Positions 42,675 to 53,211 of a stretch of 64,000 nt of DNA are shown here, one piece after another; position 1 is the first letter of the stretch; every line of letters starts with the position of its first letter. The position numbers and the translations under genes are program-made. Under the pieces are notes generated by a model. The model saw only the letters and a program-made list of their open reading frames with translations, did no database searches and was not told the DNA's origin. Where the stretch lies: assembly GCA_051005405.1 (NCBI GenBank), contig JBPCJJ010000062.1, positions 14,941-78,940 of the forward strand. The letters run 5' to 3'. Source of the stretch: Gemmatimonadaceae bacterium (GTDB lineage: Bacteria > Gemmatimonadota > Gemmatimonadetes > Gemmatimonadales > Gemmatimonadaceae).

Positions 42675-44056
42675 TGACACGGCAGACTCTTGTTCGCGCA
42701 TCACTGCTCGCGCTTGCGCTGTTCCGGCCCGCTGCGGCCGATGCGCAAACGATCGCGGAGCGTTACCGCGCCACAACCGACAGGATCATCGCGGCGGCGC
42801 TGGGCGACAGCGCCGCGTACGAGCGGGTCGCGTTTCTCGCCGACAGATTCGGGCACCGCCTGAGCGGATCCGCCAGCCTCGAGCACGCGCTGGACTGGAT
42901 CATCGACGAGATGACGCGCGACGGACTGCAGAACGTGCGCGGCGAGCCGGTGATGGTTCCGCGCTGGGTGCGCGGCCGGGAATCCGCAGCGCTGGTGGAG
43001 CCGCGGCCGCTGGAACTGCGTATGCTCGGCCTGGGCGGGAGCATCGCCACGCCCGCCGAAGGAATCACTGCGCCGGTGCTGGTCGTGGAGAGCTTCGACG
43101 ATCTCGCTGCCAGGCAGGTGGAGGCGCGCGGGAAGATCGTGCTATTCGACGTGCCATTTACCAGTTACGGCGCGACTGTCCGATACAGGAGTCGGGGCGC
43201 GATCGAGGCCGCGAAGCTCGGCGCCGTCGCCGTGCTGATCCGGTCCGTGGCGAGCAACTCGATGCAGAATCCCCACACGGGCGCGATGCAGTATGACACT
43301 GCCGTCGCGCGAATCCCGGCGGCCGCGCTCAGCGTGGAAGACGCCGCGATGCTGCACCGGATGCACGATCGCGGCGACCGGGTGGTGGTTACGCTGAAAA
43401 TGGAGGCGATGACCCACCCCGACGCACTGTCGCGCAATGTGGTCGGCGAGCTGTTGGGGCGGGAAAAGCCCGAGGAGATAGTTGTCCTCGGCGGGCATAT
43501 CGATTCATGGGACGTGGGGCAGGGCGCGATGGACGATGCCGGCGGAAGCGTGGCGGCCTGGGAAGTCTTGCGCGTGCTCAAGCGGGTCGGGCTGCGTCCG
43601 CGAAGGACGATCCGCGTGGTGCTGTGGACGAACGAAGAGAATGGTCTGCGCGGCGCCAACGCGTACCGAGACGCGCACGCCGCGGAGATGCCGAACCACG
43701 TGCTGGCCATGGAGTCGGACGGCGGAGTGTTTGCGCCGCAGGGGTTCAGCTTCGATGGCGCGGACGAAGCGATGACAATGGTGGGAGGGATCGCGACGCT
43801 GCTCGACTCGATCGGAGCGACCCGGATTCGCGCGGGCGGTGCTGGGGCCGACGTCGGCCCGCTGACGGCAGCCGGCGTACCGGGGCTCGGCCTGCAGGTG
43901 GATGGCACCCGCTACTTCTGGTACCACCACTCGGAAGCCGACACGATGGACAAGCTCGATCCGCGCGAAGTCGCGCAATGCGTAGCCGCGATGGCGGTGA
44001 TGGCTTACGTGATCGCCGACATGCCCGAGACACTTCCACGCCGGGCTCCGCGATAG
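42671..44056 (+). CDS. M28-family secreted aminopeptidase
   Basis: The ATG overlaps the kinase stop (ATGA). Signal peptide MMTRQTLVRASLLALALFRPAAADA. Metal-ligand region GGHIDSWDVGQGAMDDAGG. Confidence 0.8.
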   Translation: MMTRQTLVRASLLALALFRPAAADAQTIAERYRATTDRIIAAALGDSAAYERVAFLADRFGHRLSGSASLEHALDWIIDEMTRDGLQNVRGEPVMVPRWVRGRESAALVEPRPLELRMLGLGGSIATPAEGITAPVLVVESFDDLAARQVEARGKIVLFDVPFTSYGATVRYRSRGAIEAAKLGAVAVLIRSVASNSMQNPHTGAMQYDTAVARIPAAALSVEDAAMLHRMHDRGDRVVVTLKMEAMTHPDALSRNVVGELLGREKPEEIVVLGGHIDSWDVGQGAMDDAGGSVAAWEVLRVLKRVGLRPRRTIRVVLWTNEENGLRGANAYRDAHAAEMPNHVLAMESDGGVFAPQGFSFDGADEAMTMVGGIATLLDSIGATRIRAGGAGADVGPLTAAGVPGLGLQVDGTRYFWYHHSEADTMDKLDPREVAQCVAAMAVMAYVIADMPETLPRRAPR

Positions 44057-44063
44057 CCAGTAG

Positions 44064-44972
44064 CTAGCCCGTCGCGGTTCTCTCCATCAGCGACGGGAGC
44101 TCGCTCGCCAGCTCGCGCGCGAGATAGCCGATTCGTCCCTGCCTGGAAGCCAGCGCATTCCCGGCTTCGCCGTGCAGAAAAACTCCCCATAGCGCAGCGG
44201 TAGTGGCGTCCGCGCCGCGCGCGGCGAGTCCGCCAATGATCCCGGCGAGCACGTCGCCGGATCCCGACGTCGCGAGTCCGATGTCGCCGTCGGAATAGCG
44301 CCACATTCTCCCGTCCGGACGCGCGATGATCGTCTTCGATCCTTTCAGCAGTGCGACCGCGCGGTACGCGCGGGCAGCCGCGAGCGCGATCTCGACCGGC
44401 TCCCGGAGCACGCTTGCCTTGTCTTCACAGAGCAGCGCGGCCATCTCGCCGGCATGAGGCGTCAGGATCAAGTTGCCTTCGTGACGCGAAAGCAGTGCTG
44501 CGCTTCCGCCGAGCGTCGATACGGCACCGGCGTCGAGGACGAGGACCGGTCCGCGCTCCAGGCGATCGAATAGCGCTGCGAGTAAGGCTCTCGCGGCTTC
44601 GTGATCCACCATGCCGGGCCCGATGACGACTGCATCGGCCGTCTGCGCCGTGTCCGCCAGCGCGGCAGCAGCGCGCCGGTGAATCGCGCCCTGCCGTGTT
44701 TCGTGGAGGGACACGACCAACGCTTCGGGAACTGTCACGCCAAGGAACGGCGCGACCGAAGTCGGGGCTGCGATCTGCAGCTTGGCCGCGCCCGCGCGCA
44801 ACGCGGCCGTCGCGGCGAGCACGACGGCCCCCGGAGTCGAACGGTCCCCGCCGATCACCATGATCGTCCCGCGCTCGTCTTTACCGTCGTTCGAACCGTG
44901 CCGGGGCAGCGGCCGTCGGCGCAGCAGCGCCCGCGTTAGCGCTGCCGGCTCCCGTGACTTTCTACCGGGCAC
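44064..44972 (-). CDS. nnrD: ADP-dependent NAD(P)H-hydrate dehydratase (YjeF C-terminal/carbohydrate-kinase-like)
   Basis: GGDRSTPGAVVLAATAALRAGAAKLQIA and SGSGDVLAGIIGGLAARG motifs. Confidence 0.75.
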   Translation of the reverse strand: MPGRKSREPAALTRALLRRRPLPRHGSNDGKDERGTIMVIGGDRSTPGAVVLAATAALRAGAAKLQIAAPTSVAPFLGVTVPEALVVSLHETRQGAIHRRAAAALADTAQTADAVVIGPGMVDHEAARALLAALFDRLERGPVLVLDAGAVSTLGGSAALLSRHEGNLILTPHAGEMAALLCEDKASVLREPVEIALAAARAYRAVALLKGSKTIIARPDGRMWRYSDGDIGLATSGSGDVLAGIIGGLAARGADATTAALWGVFLHGEAGNALASRQGRIGYLARELASELPSLMERTATG

Positions 44973-45756
44973 CCGCGACCTTGTCCGGCGCGCTCGTCAC
45001 AGGGGCGCCTTCGTGCTCCAGCGGCGCGACGAAATTGAACTCCGCGAGAACGAGCCGTCCGTTCCTGGTCTGACTGGTGTCGTTGTCGTAGCGTGTCACC
45101 GAGCAATTGGCGATCTCGGTATCGCGGTCGATGGCGAGTATCTCATCTTCCGTCATGTGCTCGATGATGTAGCGCATGCAGTGCACAACGACGGAGTGGG
45201 CAACCACGAGCACTCGCTCTCCGCAGAACTCGCGGGAAATCATCTCTATTCCACCGCGCAGCCTCAGAATCACGTCGGTCCAGCTCTCGCCCCCCGGGGG
45301 CCGATGGTAAAATTTTCCGAGCATGCGGCGGAACTCCGCTTGCTCAGGCTGCCTGGACCGGATGCCGAGCTTCGTAAGCCGGTCCAGGACGCCAAACTCC
45401 TTCTCGCGAAGACGCTCGTCCAGAATTATCGGATTGGCGGGATCGGACGGCTGAATGTTTCCGTGCTTCCGGATGATCTCGGCGGTCGTCAGCGCGCGCT
45501 TATACGGCGAGCTGAGAATGACGTTCGGCCTGGACTCGGTGGGCATTTCCGCGAACCACTTGCCCAGCGCCACCGCCTGCCGCTCGCCGAGGGGCGAGAG
45601 TGGGACGTCCACGTCGCGGACGTCGATGTCGATGATTTCCAGCCCCGTCGCGTGGGCCGCGTCGCGCGCGACGTTCCCCGCGGATTCCCCGTGACGAACG
45701 ATCCAGAGAGTAGCGGGCCAGATGGTCGGGTGGTTCACAAGTGCGTCCTGAGGCAC
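44962..45756 (-). CDS. Histidine phosphatase (phosphoglycerate-mutase) family protein
   Basis: LWIVRHGESAGN catalytic RHG motif and a second His region (VVAHSVVV). The 3' end overlaps nnrD by 11 nt. Confidence 0.75.
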   Translation of the reverse strand: MPQDALVNHPTIWPATLWIVRHGESAGNVARDAAHATGLEIIDIDVRDVDVPLSPLGERQAVALGKWFAEMPTESRPNVILSSPYKRALTTAEIIRKHGNIQPSDPANPIILDERLREKEFGVLDRLTKLGIRSRQPEQAEFRRMLGKFYHRPPGGESWTDVILRLRGGIEMISREFCGERVLVVAHSVVVHCMRYIIEHMTEDEILAIDRDTEIANCSVTRYDNDTSQTRNGRLVLAEFNFVAPLEHEGAPVTSAPDKVAGAR

Positions 45757-45775
45757 AGATTGTACCGCTGGTCCA

Positions 45776-46255
45776 GTGCCTGATCACTATCCCATGCCTC
45801 CTTCTCCCGACCAGCTCGACCCGGACTGGCACAAGTACCCGGACACCGTTCTTCATTTCAGGGCGGATCCCCCGGTGCGCGTGGATCTGCGCGATCCGGT
45901 CGGAAAGGCCGGGATCGCCGCGATGGCGCGCGCCGGACTTTCGGGCCCGTTCGCCGTGCTCACGGCGCACGACCCGCGCGGGGAGGACAAAGACGACGAG
46001 GAGAATGACCGCCGCGCAGCGCGGCTAAACGAGAGGCTTCGCTCGGCCGGCGCCATGTTTTTTAACGTGGACGCGTGCTCGCCGGACGGCTCGCATTGCG
46101 AGGCCAGCGTCGCGGCCGCGATAGAACGAGATGCAGCTACGCAGCTGGCAAGGGAGTTCGAGCAGGTCGCGATCTTCTGGTTCGACGGTGAGAAGTTCTG
46201 GATCGTGGGCGCGCTTGCGGGCGGTGATCCGGTGATCTTGCCGCGGCCGGTGTAA
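45776..46255 (+). CDS. DUF3293-like protein
   Basis: FAVLTAHDPRG......N..RAARLNERL resembles the ITA.NP......N.....L..L core of DUF3293 (from memory). Confidence 0.45.
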   Translation: MPDHYPMPPSPDQLDPDWHKYPDTVLHFRADPPVRVDLRDPVGKAGIAAMARAGLSGPFAVLTAHDPRGEDKDDEENDRRAARLNERLRSAGAMFFNVDACSPDGSHCEASVAAAIERDAATQLAREFEQVAIFWFDGEKFWIVGALAGGDPVILPRPV

Positions 46256-46258
46256 ACG

Positions 46259-46290
46259 AAAAAAGGCCCGCGGCATCGCCGCGGGCCTTT
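46259..46290. terminator. Bidirectional rho-independent terminator between convergent genes
   Basis: An A6 run, a 9-bp stem GGCCCGCGG/CCGCGGGCC, a 5-nt loop, then TTT. Read on the minus strand it has a T6 tract, so it is stronger for the TPR gene. Confidence 0.75.
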
Positions 46291-46310
46291 CCCGAACCGC
46301 ATGTCCGTGG

Positions 46311-47846
46311 TCAGAGCAGCGGCTTGTACCTGAAGGCCGCGACTCCCGTGGCTTTAGCCACCACCGCGAATTCTCCCAGCTCCTTGGCCGCCACCGGCCC
46401 GACCTGAACCTGCTCGGTTGCGAGAACGTTGCCCGAGCGGTCGAGCATCTCGACGATCAGCGTGTACGACTGAGGTGTGGTGCCGAGGTTCTCGATGTTT
46501 CCGCGGAGCCGTGCTTCCTCTTCCATTGGCGAAAACTCGGTGAACTCCACGCGCACCGGCATCGCGGTCGCCATCCGATCGTACTTGGTGGACGAGTCCG
46601 TGTAGGCCTGGCGCATAGCCGGATTCGACGCGCGCTCGGACATTCCGGCGTACGCATAAGCGTGGAAGACCCAGTTCTCTGGATTGTTCGGATCGAGTGC
46701 GGCAAGCCGCTGACTGATCGGCAACAGGCCGGCGAAATCGTTCAGCTTGACGAGAGTGACCGAGAGGTTGCGAAGCGCATCTCTGTGGTAAGGGTTCAGC
46801 GAGAGTACCGCGTTGTACAGCGCGGCGGCTTCGATCGGTGTTCCGAACCGCGTCGCGAGTATTCCGCTAGTCAGCAGCGATCGCTCGCCGTAGGGGGCAG
46901 GATTGGAGGAAACTCCGCCATATACCGCGCGGATAGACGTCGTGTCGCCCACCGCGGCGAACACTTCGCCGATCTTTTGCAGCGCGTCGGCTCTCTGCAG
47001 ATCCGACTCCGCCAGCGCCGCGTACCGCTTGAAGTGCTCGGCGGCCTCGCGCGCGCGGATCGAGCGCTCGGCGGCCGGTACGGTGGCAATCGAAGCCGCG
47101 ACCAACTCGCCCAACTCGTAATGCGAGCTTCGTACGACGTCACCGTAGGACGTGTCGTTCTGCGAGATCTCCAGCGCTCTGGCGAGGTGGCCACGCGATT
47201 CCTCGAAGAACCGGGCCCTCTCGGCAGCGGGCGCCGCGTCGAGCCGCTGCCTGGCGACTCCACCCAGCACGACGTACGCGTACGGCTCGTTGCGGTCGAG
47301 TATCAACGCGCGTCTCGCCAGCGAGTCCGCGACGTCGAGGCGGCTCTCAGACAGCGCGGTCAGTGCCCGGTTCATCGTGCCGACCCAAGGCGAGCCCTGA
47401 CGCCACGCGGCGATCTGGTCAGCGCACCGGGGAACGAGCGTCTCGGCCAACGTGAAAACGGAGTCGGCGAGCACGTACAGATCGGCCGGCTGCTCCCGGT
47501 CGCTCGCGAAGCCGAAATCGGCCCGCGTTCCGCTGACGGGCGCCGAAGATTCCATAAGGAGAAGCGCGAGGGCCTGGCCGAGCGTGAATGCCTGGCCGGC
47601 TGGGTTCTTGTCGCGGTCCCGCGCAGCGGGATCGGTCAGGAGCCGAACGGCAGTACGAGCGTCGGTGGCCGGGTCCCCGTTGTTGTTCAGAGTCGCGATC
47701 CCTTTCTGGACCGCGAAAAAGGCGCGGCCGACGAACTGCGGAGCGTTCTGATCGGGGTTGCAGGCGTCGTTCTGCGCCAGCGCGGGTGTTGCGGCAATCG
47801 CGGACATGCACGCCAGGCCAGCAATGAACTTCACGCAGGAATTCAT
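46311..47846 (-). CDS. Secreted TPR-like helical-repeat protein
   Basis: The ATG at 47846 gives the signal peptide MNSCVKFIAGLACMSAIAATPALAQ. Repeated Ala/Leu/Tyr-rich helical hairpins include TPR-like LYNAVLSLNPYHRDALRNL. Confidence 0.55.
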   Translation of the reverse strand: MNSCVKFIAGLACMSAIAATPALAQNDACNPDQNAPQFVGRAFFAVQKGIATLNNNGDPATDARTAVRLLTDPAARDRDKNPAGQAFTLGQALALLLMESSAPVSGTRADFGFASDREQPADLYVLADSVFTLAETLVPRCADQIAAWRQGSPWVGTMNRALTALSESRLDVADSLARRALILDRNEPYAYVVLGGVARQRLDAAPAAERARFFEESRGHLARALEISQNDTSYGDVVRSSHYELGELVAASIATVPAAERSIRAREAAEHFKRYAALAESDLQRADALQKIGEVFAAVGDTTSIRAVYGGVSSNPAPYGERSLLTSGILATRFGTPIEAAALYNAVLSLNPYHRDALRNLSVTLVKLNDFAGLLPISQRLAALDPNNPENWVFHAYAYAGMSERASNPAMRQAYTDSSTKYDRMATAMPVRVEFTEFSPMEEEARLRGNIENLGTTPQSYTLIVEMLDRSGNVLATEQVQVGPVAAKELGEFAVVAKATGVAAFRYKPLL

Positions 47847-47969
47847 CCACTCACTCCATAAGGGAGACAAGATTTGCCGCCCGGGGCATCGGCGCACGCG
47901 CTCCAGCACCGGGCGACGTTAATCCACGTAATATACCATTTCCCTGCGACTGTTCCCCCACGCCAGCCC

Positions 47970-48659
47970 ATGAAAAAGCCACGTCCCTACACGCCGGGGC
48001 TGCACCGCGCCGCCGTGCGACACCTGAAGCGTTCCGATCCCGTCCTGGCGGGGGTTGTCGCCCGCTGCGGACCTCAGCGGTTCGCGCTGCGGACCGACGG
48101 CACCCACTTCGATGCCATCGCCCGGGCCATCGTTTCGCAGCAACTCTCGGTCAAAGCCGCGTCAACGATCCACGGCAGATTCTTCGAGCTGTACGAGTCT
48201 GCCGGCGGCCGGCCCGAGTTCGTTGCCCGGATCCCCGAGACCCGGTTACGGGAGGCAGGCCTGTCGTGGCAGAAGATCTCATATATCAAGGATCTGGCTC
48301 GTTTGGTCGCGTCAGGGGAGCTCGCGCTTACTCAGATCGACGAAATGTCGGACGACGAGCTGATCGCTCGGCTGATATCGGTGAAGGGAGTCGGCATATG
48401 GACCGCGCAGATGTTCCTCATGTTCCGCCTTGGCCGGCCGGACGTGCTGCCGACGCTCGACCTCGGAATCCAGAAAGCGATTCAGCGGGCGTACGGATTG
48501 CGGAAGGTTCCGAGCGCCCAACGGATGGAAAAAATCGGGCGGTCGTGGGCGCCGTACCGCACCGTCGCATGCTGGTATCTCTGGCGAAGTCTTGACCAGC
48601 CGGCTGTCGTCGCGCCCGCTCGCAAGCGAAGCAAGTCGAAGCGACCTGCGGCAAGCTAG
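47970..48659 (+). CDS. HhH-GPD DNA glycosylase (AlkA-like 3-methyladenine DNA glycosylase II)
   Basis: FDAIARAIVSQQLSVKAA, the HhH-GPD region ISVKGVGIWTAQMFLMF, the catalytic-Asp context VLPTLDLGIQKA, and WAPYRTVACWYLW. Confidence 0.75.
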   Translation: MKKPRPYTPGLHRAAVRHLKRSDPVLAGVVARCGPQRFALRTDGTHFDAIARAIVSQQLSVKAASTIHGRFFELYESAGGRPEFVARIPETRLREAGLSWQKISYIKDLARLVASGELALTQIDEMSDDELIARLISVKGVGIWTAQMFLMFRLGRPDVLPTLDLGIQKAIQRAYGLRKVPSAQRMEKIGRSWAPYRTVACWYLWRSLDQPAVVAPARKRSKSKRPAAS

Positions 48660-48667
48660 ATTGGGGG

Positions 48668-49162
48668 ATGCCTCTCGTGCCCTTTGAATCGTTGGGTGAC
48701 GACTCACGCGTGTGGGTGTTCGCCGCCGATCCGCGCCTGGACGATGAGCGCGCCGCCGATCTCCTCACGGTTATCGATGGTTTTCTCTCGCAGTGGACCG
48801 CGCACGGATCGGCGATGACGTGCGGCCGCGATTGGCGCGATGGCCGGTTCCTGGCGGTGGGCGCGGATCAAAGCGCCACCCACGCTTCCGGCTGCTCGAT
48901 CGACGGCCTGTACAAGAAGCTGGGCGAGTTCGAGAAGCAGAACGGAGTGTCGCTCCTGTCGCGCGACGCTGTGTACTTTCGCGATCAGGGCGGCGAAGTA
49001 CAAAGCGCGTCACGTGATGAATTCGCGCGACTGTCGTCGGGCGGAAGCATCGGCGCGGCGACGAGCGTGTTCGACACGAGCGTGAGCTCGCTCCGCGAAT
49101 GGCGCGAGAGATTCGAGCTTCCGGCCTCGGGCTCCTGGCACAGGGCGCTGCTGGCCGTTTAA
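48668..49162 (+). CDS. Conserved hypothetical protein (164 aa)
   Basis: The ATG lies 8 nt after the alkA-like stop and third positions are GC-rich. No catalytic motif was recognised. Confidence 0.45.
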   Translation: MPLVPFESLGDDSRVWVFAADPRLDDERAADLLTVIDGFLSQWTAHGSAMTCGRDWRDGRFLAVGADQSATHASGCSIDGLYKKLGEFEKQNGVSLLSRDAVYFRDQGGEVQSASRDEFARLSSGGSIGAATSVFDTSVSSLREWRERFELPASGSWHRALLAV

Positions 49163-49174
49163 GCCGGACCCCGA

Positions 49175-49408
49175 TCAGGGCATCTTTTTCTCGTCGAACT
49201 CCTGCTGCGCTTTCTCGGCAGCCAGAAAGCCGATTTTGCTGTGGGTGCCGTCACAGAAGGGCTTGTTGGTGGAAGCTCCGCAGCGGCAGAGAGAGATGCG
49301 CTTCCCGGGCGTGGTAGGAACCGGCTGGCCGAGATGGTCGACGAGATTGATCTCGCCTTCGATGGAGTACGGGCCGGTCTGCTTGATCGTGATCGTCACA
49401 TCTGGCAT
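49175..49408 (-). CDS. CDGSH iron-sulfur domain protein
   Basis: CRCGASTNKPFCDGTH is the CDGSH 2Fe-2S signature. Confidence 0.8.
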   Translation of the reverse strand: MPDVTITIKQTGPYSIEGEINLVDHLGQPVPTTPGKRISLCRCGASTNKPFCDGTHSKIGFLAAEKAQQEFDEKKMP

Positions 49409-49577
49409 ATGATTGTCTGTAAGGGTTTCAAACTCTCAGCGTGTCCCGCCTTGTGATTCGCGTAGCTCTGTGGCTTGTTGCCCATTCGTTCGCCTCGGAT
49501 GATGGACGAGGGGAATGTATCCCGTCGTTAGCTTTCGGCTCACGCGAAGAGACAACCGATCAGACCTGGAGCAAGCG

Positions 49578-50009
49578 ATGCCGGTGAGAAAAGCGAGCGC
49601 ACAGTGGGAAGGCGGCCTCAAGGGAGGCAAAGGCAGTTTTCGCGGCGAGAGCGGGGGAATCGGCGGCGCCTATTCGTTTGGCTCCCGCTTCGAGGAAGGA
49701 GCGGGGTCGAACCCGGAGGAGCTGTTGGCGGCAGCGGAGGCCGCGTGCTTCAGCATGGCGCTGAGCGGGTCGTTGGAGAAGAACGGCACACCGCCGACCC
49801 GGGTGGAGACCGACGCACAATGCACGGTAGAGAAAGTCGGCGACGGCTTCAAGATCACGACGATGAAGCTCAACACGCGCGCGACGGTTGCGGGACTGGA
49901 CGACGCGGCTTTTCAGCGAATCGCGACGGCAACGAAGGACGCCTGTCCAGTGTCCAGCGCGCTCAAGGGCAACGTCGACATTCAGCTCGACGCGCGGCTG
50001 ACCAGCTGA
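49578..50009 (+). CDS. osmC: OsmC-family peroxiredoxin
   Basis: MPVRKASAQWEGGLKGGKG ... NPEELLAAAEAACFSMAL ... ACPVS contains the two conserved Cys contexts. Confidence 0.85.
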   Translation: MPVRKASAQWEGGLKGGKGSFRGESGGIGGAYSFGSRFEEGAGSNPEELLAAAEAACFSMALSGSLEKNGTPPTRVETDAQCTVEKVGDGFKITTMKLNTRATVAGLDDAAFQRIATATKDACPVSSALKGNVDIQLDARLTS

Positions 50010-50050
50010 CTCGCCCGCCATTGTCCAGATCGTAGGCGAGGCATCGTAAA

Positions 50051-51550
50051 TCAGGCGGTCGCGCCGCTCGCGACCGTCTCCGCCTCCGTCTCCCAGTTGT
50101 CGATCTCATCGCACGCATCGCAGTTCCCGCAGCGCCAGTCGGCCTCGACCTCCTCGCCAAAGTGCTCGAGAATGAACCGCGTGCGACACTCCGCCGTCTG
50201 GCAGAACTCGATCATCGTCCGAAGCTTCTGCTGGTCGCGCTCGCGCCTCTCTTCATAGTCCAGAAGATCGGCGCTGAGGTTGACCGATGTCAAACGGTCG
50301 GCAAGCCGCTCCCACTTTCCGTCGCGGTGCTCGCGGACAACGCCGTGTCGCTTGAGAAGCGAAAAAACGATACGGGTCTTCCGCAGCGCGACACCTGTCT
50401 GCTCCGCGATATCCGCTCCGGCGACGGGCTGCCCTTGCGGGTACTGCTCGAGCGCGATCGCTACTCGCGCTGCCTCCTCGACTTCCGGATACTTGCCGCC
50501 AAGAAAGTACGACTGAATTCTGCGATCTTCGACGCGATATAAGACCGTGCATACGGCGGGCTTTCCGTCGCGCCCGGCGCGACCCGCCTCCTGGTAGAAC
50601 GACTCGATCGATCCGGGGAAGTGGTAGTGCAGGACGAATCGCAGATCATGCTTGTCGATGCCAAGGCCGAATGCGTTCGTGGCGATGATCGCCTTGATCT
50701 TGTTGGCCATGAACATCTCCTGAGCTTCCCTCCTGTCTGCCGCGGGCAATCGCCCGTGGTAGATGGCGATTCGGTACTTCTCGCGGAACTTCTCGTGCAG
50801 GCGCTGGGCTTCCTTCACCGTGGCGACGTAGATGACCCCGATTCCGTCGCCGTCGCCGAGCGTGCGCTCCACCACAGCGTCCTTGATCCCGTCGTTCACG
50901 GTCCGCCGGACTTCGAATCGAAGGTTGGGGCGGGCGAAGCCGGTGATGGTGACGTGCGGATCGTTCATGCCTAGCTGGCGCATGATGTCCTTCTGGACTT
51001 CGGCTGTAGCCGTCGCCGTCAGCGCGAGAACCGGCGGGCGTCCGAGTCGCTTGGCGATGTTTCCCAGCGCGAGATAGTCGGGCCGGAAATCGTGCCCCCA
51101 CTGGCTCACGCAATGAGCCTCGTCCACGACGAACAGGCTTATTTCGCGGCTGAGCAGGTGCTCGAAGAATTCACGATCCTTGAAACGCTCCGGCGTGACG
51201 TACAGGATATCGCCCTCGCCCTCTCCGATTTGCCTGTGCGCCTCCCGCGATTCGGAGCTGGAGAGATGCGAATGCATCGCCACCGAGTCGACTCCCTGCG
51301 CCACCAGCTTGTCGTGCTGGTCCTTCATCAGGGCTATGAGCGGCGTAACGACGACCGTCAGGCCGTGCAGCATCACGGCACTCAGCTGGTAGATCAGCGA
51401 TTTCCCACTGCCGGTGGGCATCACCACGAGCACGTCGCGCCGGGCGATGAGCGCGCGCACAGGCTCCCACTGACCCTTTCTGAAGTCGTTATGGCCGAAA
51501 CGATCGCGGAGACAGGCGACGGCCTCGGCTTTTGTTATACTTTGCGGCAT
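50051..51550 (-). CDS. recQ: RecQ-family ATP-dependent DNA helicase (short form, no HRDC)
   Basis: FRKGQWE, Walker [49 protein letters not shown], and a C-terminal Cys cluster (CGNCDAC). Confidence 0.85.
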   Translation of the reverse strand: MPQSITKAEAVACLRDRFGHNDFRKGQWEPVRALIARRDVLVVMPTGSGKSLIYQLSAVMLHGLTVVVTPLIALMKDQHDKLVAQGVDSVAMHSHLSSSESREAHRQIGEGEGDILYVTPERFKDREFFEHLLSREISLFVVDEAHCVSQWGHDFRPDYLALGNIAKRLGRPPVLALTATATAEVQKDIMRQLGMNDPHVTITGFARPNLRFEVRRTVNDGIKDAVVERTLGDGDGIGVIYVATVKEAQRLHEKFREKYRIAIYHGRLPAADRREAQEMFMANKIKAIIATNAFGLGIDKHDLRFVLHYHFPGSIESFYQEAGRAGRDGKPAVCTVLYRVEDRRIQSYFLGGKYPEVEEAARVAIALEQYPQGQPVAGADIAEQTGVALRKTRIVFSLLKRHGVVREHRDGKWERLADRLTSVNLSADLLDYEERRERDQQKLRTMIEFCQTAECRTRFILEHFGEEVEADWRCGNCDACDEIDNWETEAETVASGATA

Positions 51551-51608
51551 TGGGGGGTATCAAAGGCAGGAACTATTCCGCAGGAACCGGGCTCCCACCA
51601 GATCACCG

Positions 51609-52529
51609 ATGCTAATCAGACGACGACCAGACCTGCCGTCGAGCGAGATCACCGACGAGCACATCTACGTGGACCGCCGGAAGTTCCTCACGGCGAGCAG
51701 CCTGTTCGGAGTGGCCGCGGCAACCGGCGCGCTTCCGGGATGTCTCGGCGCGTCCCCTTCCGACGCGCAGGCTGACGACAAGCTGACTCCTTTCAAGGAC
51801 GTCACCACCTACAACAACTACTACGAATTCGGAACGGCTAAAGACGATCCCGCGAAGAACGCCGGCTCTCTCCGCACCCGCCCGTGGAGCGTCGCGGTGG
51901 AAGGGATGGTGAAGAAGCCGGCCGTGTACAACCTCGAGGACATCGTCAGGCCGGTTTCGCAGGAAGAGCGCATCTACCGGCTGCGCTGCGTCGAAGGGTG
52001 GTCAATGGTGATTCCGTGGCTCGGGTTTTCGCTCGCCGCATTCATCAACAGGGTCGAGCCGACATCGCAGGCCAGGTTCGTCGAGTTCACGACGCTGCGC
52101 GATCCGAGTCAGATGCCGGGAGTTCGCAGACCCGTGCTGGACTGGCCGTACACTGAAGGGCTGCGTCTGGATGAGGCCATGCATCCGCTGACGATTCTCG
52201 CGACGGGGCTGTACGGCCGCGCTCTGCCGAATCAAAACGGCGCGCCGTTGCGTCTCGTGGTGCCGTGGAAGTATGGGTTCAAGAGCATCAAGGGAATCGT
52301 GAAGATGCGATTCACCGACCGGCAGCCGGCGACCGCGTGGAACAAGGCGGCGCCGTCGGAATACGGCTTCTACTCGAACGTGAACCCGGAAGTCGATCAT
52401 CCGCGGTGGAGCCAGGCCAAGGAGCGGCGCATCGGCGAGTTCCTGCGCCGCAGGACGCTGATGTTCAACGGTTACGGCGATCAGGTCGCGCGGATGTACG
52501 CGGGAATGGATCTGCGCAGGAACTACTGA
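51609..52529 (+). CDS. msrP: Protein-methionine-sulfoxide reductase catalytic subunit MsrP (molybdopterin, YedY)
   Basis: A Tat-like signal ([18 protein letters not shown]), [17 protein letters not shown] and [13 protein letters not shown]. Confidence 0.85.
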   Translation: MLIRRRPDLPSSEITDEHIYVDRRKFLTASSLFGVAAATGALPGCLGASPSDAQADDKLTPFKDVTTYNNYYEFGTAKDDPAKNAGSLRTRPWSVAVEGMVKKPAVYNLEDIVRPVSQEERIYRLRCVEGWSMVIPWLGFSLAAFINRVEPTSQARFVEFTTLRDPSQMPGVRRPVLDWPYTEGLRLDEAMHPLTILATGLYGRALPNQNGAPLRLVVPWKYGFKSIKGIVKMRFTDRQPATAWNKAAPSEYGFYSNVNPEVDHPRWSQAKERRIGEFLRRRTLMFNGYGDQVARMYAGMDLRRNY

Positions 52530-52543
52530 GCGAGCCGGCACAC

Positions 52544-53164
52544 GTGCGCCGCTCCAGCGCGATCAAGCCGGTCGTTTTCGCGTCTGCGCTCCTCCCGCTC
52601 GCGATCCTTGTCTATGAAGGGTTCAACGCCGGGCTCGGCGCCAACCCGATCGAAGAGGTAGAGCTTCGAACCGGGCGATGGGCCCTCCGCTTCATCGCGA
52701 TCACTCTCGCGGTGACTCCGCTACGGCGCATCACGGGATGGAACGAGGTGATCAAGTACCGGCGCATGCTCGGCTTGTTCGCTTTTTTTTACGCGACCCT
52801 CCACCTCCTCGCATTCGTGGGGCTGGACATGTTCTTCGACGTGGGCGACATCGTCGAGGACATAGTGAAGCACCCGTACATCACGATCGGCATGGCGACC
52901 TGGCTGATGTTGCTGCCGCTCGCCATCACATCGACGAAAGGCTGGGTGCGCCGGCTCGGCGGCAAGCGCTGGAACATGTTGCACCGGCTCATATATGTCG
53001 CTGCCATCACGGGCACCATTCATTATCTGTGGGCCGTGAAGAAGGACACGTTCCTGCCCTTCGTCTATCTCGGGATCATTGCCTCGCTTCTGGCGTGGCG
53101 ACTCTGGCTGTGGCTCGCGAAAAGAAGGGCGCGCGCGTCGCGCGAGGCTCCGACTATTTCCTGA
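52544..53164 (+). CDS. msrQ: MsrQ heme-binding membrane subunit (YedZ, ferric-reductase-like)
   Basis: A GTG 15 nt after the msrP stop. Six hydrophobic segments with conserved His contexts (RRMLGLFAFFYATLHL, HRLIYVAAITGTIHY). Confidence 0.8.
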   Translation: MRRSSAIKPVVFASALLPLAILVYEGFNAGLGANPIEEVELRTGRWALRFIAITLAVTPLRRITGWNEVIKYRRMLGLFAFFYATLHLLAFVGLDMFFDVGDIVEDIVKHPYITIGMATWLMLLPLAITSTKGWVRRLGGKRWNMLHRLIYVAAITGTIHYLWAVKKDTFLPFVYLGIIASLLAWRLWLWLAKRRARASREAPTIS

Positions 53165-53211
53165 ACTCGGCGACAGCTTTCATTTTGCGATCAACCCTGT
53201 AACCTCAGGTT

